From a virus (Duplodnaviria; Caudoviricetes): DNA of 64,000 bases. A program made the translations under genes and the position numbers. Shown here one piece after another: positions 59,720 through 64,000 of the stretch (positions are counted from its first letter, which is position 1; each line of letters starts with the position of its first letter). The stretch covers positions 139,911 to 203,910 of the IMG/VR virus record IMGVR_UViG_3300035670_000009. One strand, 5' to 3'. Below the pieces are notes generated by a model. That model was not told the origin of the DNA. It saw only the letters and a program-made list of their open reading frames with translations, and ran no database searches.

Positions 59720-62203
59720 CTAGATGATGGCGAGGAAGGAGCATCCGATCATCGCATCGGACGCGGCCGGTACACCCTGTCCGCCGGATATGACGATGTT
59801 GATGTCCTGCGTCGCTAGTCTAGCGCCAGACGCAAACGAACGCACGCCCATTCGCATGGTTGTGTTAGCAATTGTGTCCGACTCGTTGCCGACATTACCA
59901 AGACAGCACGGATTGCCGGACGGCAGCGGTGTCTCAAAGTTGATCCGGTACTTACCCGTCGCGTTGCGTGAGGTGATCGAACTGACATTGCCGGACCCAT
60001 ATCGGTTGGCGTTGTAGAAGTATGCCCACGCCCGCACAAAGTATCCCGGCACGCCGTTGTGCGTGATGTTGCCGCCCGGAGCGATGACGAGACGCTCGGT
60101 GCCGAATCCGCCCCACGAGCCATCTTCGTTGATGGAAAAACCATTACTGGCGGCGTGCTGTATGCCTATAGTCCACGACTTCACGCCTGCCTTGTGGTGC
60201 CAGATTCGCGGCCCGTCCTGTAGCCCGTTTCCGGCCCAGTTGTCGCACCGTAATTCAAGCGTGGCGCCGTAAGAGCCCCAACCGCCAATTGCTTCGATCG
60301 CGCGGGACGTTCCTCCGTAGCAGCCAAACGTCCCATCGTCATAAGACCATGCAGACCACCCGCCCGCTTGACTGAGAAACCCGATTCGGTTGCTGTTGCA
60401 GTGAATGAGCCTTTCGCCCTCGTTACTGTCGCGCATCGCTATGTACGAGAATTCTGCCGTGTCGCTCTTTCCCACATACAAATAGTTCCCAAAGATTTGC
60501 AGCGAGTCTATGTCCATGCCCGCCATGCGGCTTGTGCCGTTCGGATCGCAGTAGTACGCAGCGTTTTGACTGTCGTAGAATATCGGCGCATACATGGCCG
60601 TGCCAGACGAGATGGCGCCGCCTGTGTAAAATTGCTTGTCCGCGTACACGCGCACGTAGGTGGAATCATTCATCCATATGCCGCCGCCGTACGTCTCGCT
60701 GTACCACCCGCTCGCTCCGTTGCTCCGAAACCAATTGCTAGAGTAGACCGCGCCAGTGGTGGTGATGTTGCTCGACGTTGACGCACCACGCGAGCAAACG
60801 GTCGACAGCGTCTCGCTGTTCGCGGTTCCTGTGACGTTGATCCCCCACGTACCGCTGGCGCCGCCGCCGGTCAGGGTCGGCGCGTAGGAGGTGTAGTTGC
60901 CGCTGTGAATGAATCGGACCCATGAGCCCCATGTGCCGCCCTGCACATTGCGCGACCACAGTTCGTTCGCGTTGTCCTCCCACCCCCACGCATTCTGGCG
61001 GCCCCAGTAGTTGGTGGCGTTGCTGTGCCGCATATTCTCGACGAACCACCACGCACCTTGCGGACCACCGGCAGACATTTCGCGAAATGCTCTGTTGTGC
61101 GCAGGTGTCTCGGTGAAGTTCGTGTTGAAGTTGTTGGCCGTTCCGGACCCGACTTGGTACGTGCAGGTCGTCGCGCTGCCAGCGCTCCCCGTCACGTTGA
61201 TTGACCAAGTCCCGCTTGCGCCGCCGCCCGTCAGAGTTGGCGAATAGGAGTTATACGTGGCGCTGTCCAGAAACTTGCGCCACGTTTGCCACGTCCCGCC
61301 TCTGCGCTGGCGAAACCAGAGCCCGGCGTCTCCGTCGGTGGGCGTGTAAAACTGCGCGACCCAACTGCCATCACCCGCGTGGTCATAATCCCACCTGTGC
61401 CCATACCTCGCGCCGTCAGGGAGGTTCGACGCAGTGGGTGCTACGTGCCAGTAGCCTTCCACCGGCGCGTTCATGTCGGCGTTGGGGTACGAACCGTCGA
61501 CACGAAAGTAGTTGGATGCAGCGACGCCGCCTAGTTGCGCGGCGCTGCCACTAATTGATATCGCCCACGTACCAGTCGCGCCGGATCCGCCAGACGTAAC
61601 CGCGTCTGTGATTCCATAACCCGCCAAGGTCGTGGGATTTGTTCCCGCGGTGACGCGACCTTTTGCGTCGACCGTCACTGACCGATAAGTACCAGCAGTG
61701 ACGCCGCTATTGGAAAGCGTTGCCGCAAATGAACCAGTACCGCTGCCAGTGACGTCACCTGTAAGAGTAATGCCGCTCGATGTCGCCATCGCGCCCAGTC
61801 CGCTCACCTGCGTGTTGCTGATCGTGGCGGCCGTTGTCAGAACTCCAGACGTTGTTGTCACAACGATCTGTCCGCTGGTTGAACCAATCGCTCCGGCGTT
61901 GGTTATGTTACCGTGCGTATGACTTGTAGGCGCGCGAGCGTCACTTAACCGACCGTCATTGCCCTGACAAAATGTGTTTGCTGTTGTTCCAAAACTGCCA
62001 ACCGTTATTACGCCAGACGTTGTCGTGATCAATGGCAAATTAGCCGTTGATCCAATCGCGCCCACGTTGGTTATGTTGCCGTGCGTATGGCTTGCCGACG
62101 ATATTGCAGCAACAGCGGTCGCAGACAATTTGGTAATGTCAATCGCGCCGTCTGCGATGCCGTCAGCTGAAATGCGTGTGCGAACTTTAGGGTTTTCAGG
62201 CAT
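59720..62203 (-). CDS. Tail fibre protein (mosaic)
   Basis: SHTHGNIT repeats, VTVDAKGRVTAGTNPTTLAGYGITDA fibre motif, repeated PTLTGGGASGTW.INVTG, and an NWFRSNG..GWYSETYGGGIWM segment. Confidence 0.9.
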   Translation of the reverse strand: MPENPKVRTRISADGIADGAIDITKLSATAVAAISSASHTHGNITNVGAIGSTANLPLITTTSGVITVGSFGTTANTFCQGNDGRLSDARAPTSHTHGNITNAGAIGSTSGQIVVTTTSGVLTTAATISNTQVSGLGAMATSSGITLTGDVTGSGTGSFAATLSNSGVTAGTYRSVTVDAKGRVTAGTNPTTLAGYGITDAVTSGGSGATGTWAISISGSAAQLGGVAASNYFRVDGSYPNADMNAPVEGYWHVAPTASNLPDGARYGHRWDYDHAGDGSWVAQFYTPTDGDAGLWFRQRRGGTWQTWRKFLDSATYNSYSPTLTGGGASGTWSINVTGSAGSATTCTYQVGSGTANNFNTNFTETPAHNRAFREMSAGGPQGAWWFVENMRHSNATNYWGRQNAWGWEDNANELWSRNVQGGTWGSWVRFIHSGNYTSYAPTLTGGGASGTWGINVTGTANSETLSTVCSRGASTSSNITTTGAVYSSNWFRSNGASGWYSETYGGGIWMNDSTYVRVYADKQFYTGGAISSGTAMYAPIFYDSQNAAYYCDPNGTSRMAGMDIDSLQIFGNYLYVGKSDTAEFSYIAMRDSNEGERLIHCNSNRIGFLSQAGGWSAWSYDDGTFGCYGGTSRAIEAIGGWGSYGATLELRCDNWAGNGLQDGPRIWHHKAGVKSWTIGIQHAASNGFSINEDGSWGGFGTERLVIAPGGNITHNGVPGYFVRAWAYFYNANRYGSGNVSSITSRNATGKYRINFETPLPSGNPCCLGNVGNESDTIANTTMRMGVRSFASGARLATQDINIVISGGQGVPAASDAMIGCSFLAII

Positions 62204-62211
62204 TGGCAGAC

Positions 62212-62532
62212 CTAATCGTTGTTTGTGCCAGAAATCACGCCCTGCTCAATACCTATTTTACTGATGTACGCCATCAACGCTCCAACCGCCGCCGCGAGGT
62301 CTGAATCGGAATTGGCGCCTGCGATCAGGTCGCTAACATGGAGCCGGATAGGCTCGGCGGGCGCTTCCTCCACGCCGTCGTCGGTCGTCCTAAATCGAAC
62401 GAGAGTTATTCGAGCTTCGGCGTCGCCGCCCACTGTTTGCGCGGAAATTACGATTTCTCGCACCCACAGTTTCTCATAGGTGGCTGAGATGGACAGCGGC
62501 TCGCTCGCAAACAGCGTGGGAATTTCAGGCAT
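62212..62532 (-). CDS. Small fibre-associated protein
   Basis: 106-aa ORF between two fibre genes. Confidence 0.65.
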   Translation of the reverse strand: MPEIPTLFASEPLSISATYEKLWVREIVISAQTVGGDAEARITLVRFRTTDDGVEEAPAEPIRLHVSDLIAGANSDSDLAAAVGALMAYISKIGIEQGVISGTNND

Positions 62533-64000
62533 GGTTTAGTCTCTCCTCTAGTGCAGCGATGCGCGACTCTAGTTGCTGGATGTATTTCAGCATTGGCGCG
62601 ATCAGTTTTGAATAAGTAACGCCTCTCAGTTGCGGTTCGCCGTCCACCACGTCGTAGAAACACAATTCCGGCCGCACCGTTTCCACGTCTTCGGCAATCA
62701 GCCCGTAGTCGGTCACACCGTCCGCTTCGTCGCTGTATGTGCCGTCGGCGTTCTTCTTGCGGTAGCGATACGATACGGGCGAAAGCGCCGAGAGCCATGA
62801 CACGTCTTCCAGCGTGACAATGTCCGTTTTCGACTGGCGGATGGAAGAGACGTAGCCGAGTTTGCCCGTGCTGTCGACGTAGAGGTCGCGGTTGGTCGCA
62901 CCGACAGTGTCGCTGTAGACCTGCGATGCGGTGATTGTTCCGCTCGACGACACGGTCATCAGCGTCGACTCGCCTGCCCCGTATCCGTTGTTGTTGATAA
63001 GCCGCAAAATCTTGCTACTCGTGGCGTCGCACTGCCACGCAAATCCGCCTTGACCATTCACATCAAGTTGGATTGCGCTCTTTCCCGTTCCTCCACTTTG
63101 CGTTTGAAGCCCCTGAGCCGTCACAAGTCCATCGCCCGCGGTGCGATAGAACAGTGCTGCGCCGCGCACATCTAGCATGAAACCTGTGCTAATAGTCGTT
63201 GTACCGATGCCGATGTTACCACCAAAGTAGCATTGCGCACCGGCGTCAGAGTAAATAGCGTAGTTGTTAGCGCCAGCGGGCGGGTTGACTATGCGAATGC
63301 CGTAGTTGTTGGTGGCGTTGTATGTGTTGACGTAAACGCCTGTGTTCACCAACGCCGCGCCAGCCGCCTGTCCCATTACCGCATAGTTGACAGTTCCAGC
63401 GCCGCCATTGTTGAGGCAATTGATTCCCTGCCCGCCATTGTGAATGACCTCCAGACGAGAGCCAGGAGTCGTCGTCCCGATGCCGACGCGACCGCCACCA
63501 CTCTGAAGCACAAGGTCGCCCCACGCGGATCCGCCGCCGGTCAGTGCCCCTATAGCGCCAAACGTGTTGCCCGTCGACGCGCCGGTGTAGGTCGTCACAA
63601 CCGTTCCTGTGCCGTTTGCCAATGAAAAGTTTGTGTTAGTTAAATAAGACTCTCCGCCACTGACATGCAGTGTTTGAGCCGGATTGGTCGTGCCTATGCC
63701 GACGCGGCCGAGCGCGGTCACTCGCACCCGCTCAACTCCATCCGTCACTACCGCCGCGACGTTCGCCGCCGGGAAATACAGCCCCGTATTCGGGTCGCCG
63801 TTCTGTGCCACGCTGCACGCTGACACGCTGCCTGCGGTGACGACTACCTGCCCCGCGAACGTGGCGGTGCCGCTGGAGGAGATGCGGAGCCGCTCTGTCG
63901 ATGTGCCGCCAAACACGCCGCCATAAACAACAAATGCGCCAGTTTCGTTGCCGATTAGGCAATTATGTAGGTCAGTCGCTTCGCGACCCAACGCCAGATA
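62525..64000 (-). CDS. Tail fibre/spike with C-terminal intramolecular chaperone (S74-type), 5'-truncated by the window
   Basis: RVGIGTT.P repeats. SSIRQSKTDI..L.PVSYRY..GLIAEDV..V.YSKLIAPML..IQQL coiled coil. Frame is open to base 64000. Confidence 0.9.
   Translation of the reverse strand, partial: YLALGREATDLHNCLIGNETGAFVVYGGVFGGTSTERLRISSSGTATFAGQVVVTAGSVSACSVAQNGDPNTGLYFPAANVAAVVTDGVERVRVTALGRVGIGTTNPAQTLHVSGGESYLTNTNFSLANGTGTVVTTYTGASTGNTFGAIGALTGGGSAWGDLVLQSGGGRVGIGTTTPGSRLEVIHNGGQGINCLNNGGAGTVNYAVMGQAAGAALVNTGVYVNTYNATNNYGIRIVNPPAGANNYAIYSDAGAQCYFGGNIGIGTTTISTGFMLDVRGAALFYRTAGDGLVTAQGLQTQSGGTGKSAIQLDVNGQGGFAWQCDATSSKILRLINNNGYGAGESTLMTVSSSGTITASQVYSDTVGATNRDLYVDSTGKLGYVSSIRQSKTDIVTLEDVSWLSALSPVSYRYRKKNADGTYSDEADGVTDYGLIAEDVETVRPELCFYDVVDGEPQLRGVTYSKLIAPMLKYIQQLESRIAALEERLNHA

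Noticed and set aside
1-64000. CRISPR array, integrase/transposase, stop-codon reassignment, portal or large terminase
   Set aside because: No regularly spaced direct repeats and no recombinase motifs. TAA, TAG and TGA all terminate well-formed genes. No portal or terminase ATPase motifs were recognised in this window.

Overview
This is a 64-kb segment of a large, GC-rich myovirus-type (contractile-tailed) bacteriophage genome. Essentially every real gene is on the minus strand, and the long plus-strand ORFs are antisense shadows. In transcription order (right to left) it contains: (1) tail fibres with chaperones; (2) an accessory block with a HEXXH peptidase, ferritin-like protein, Gly-rich paralogues, MazG, cupin, PhoH, two PD-(D/E)XK proteins, a Myb/HTH-repeat protein and tRNA-Asn; (3) a ~9-kb glycosylation island (glf, several glycosyltransferases, HAD enzymes); (4) a ~240-nt highly structured non-coding element followed by a holin, a small peptide and a membrane PAS protein; (5) a 2H-phosphoesterase fusion and a membrane/protease module with an MMP-like zymogen and a papain-like peptidase; (6) a two-gene bacterial-type RNA polymerase (beta fused to beta-prime-N, plus separate beta-prime-C) embedded among head genes; (7) prohead protease, scaffold, cement and major capsid protein; (8) neck, sheath, tube, spike, tail chaperones and the start of a probable tape measure. 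The most striking unexplained signals are a 12-bp AT-rich palindrome (AWAGATATCTWT) with 12 exact and 3 near-exact copies in several reading frames and at gene junctions, a recurrent K-x-A motif in about 17 putative head/ejected proteins, and the structured RNA in front of the holin-PAS cassette. All functional calls come from motif recognition by eye. No database searches or folding programs were run.
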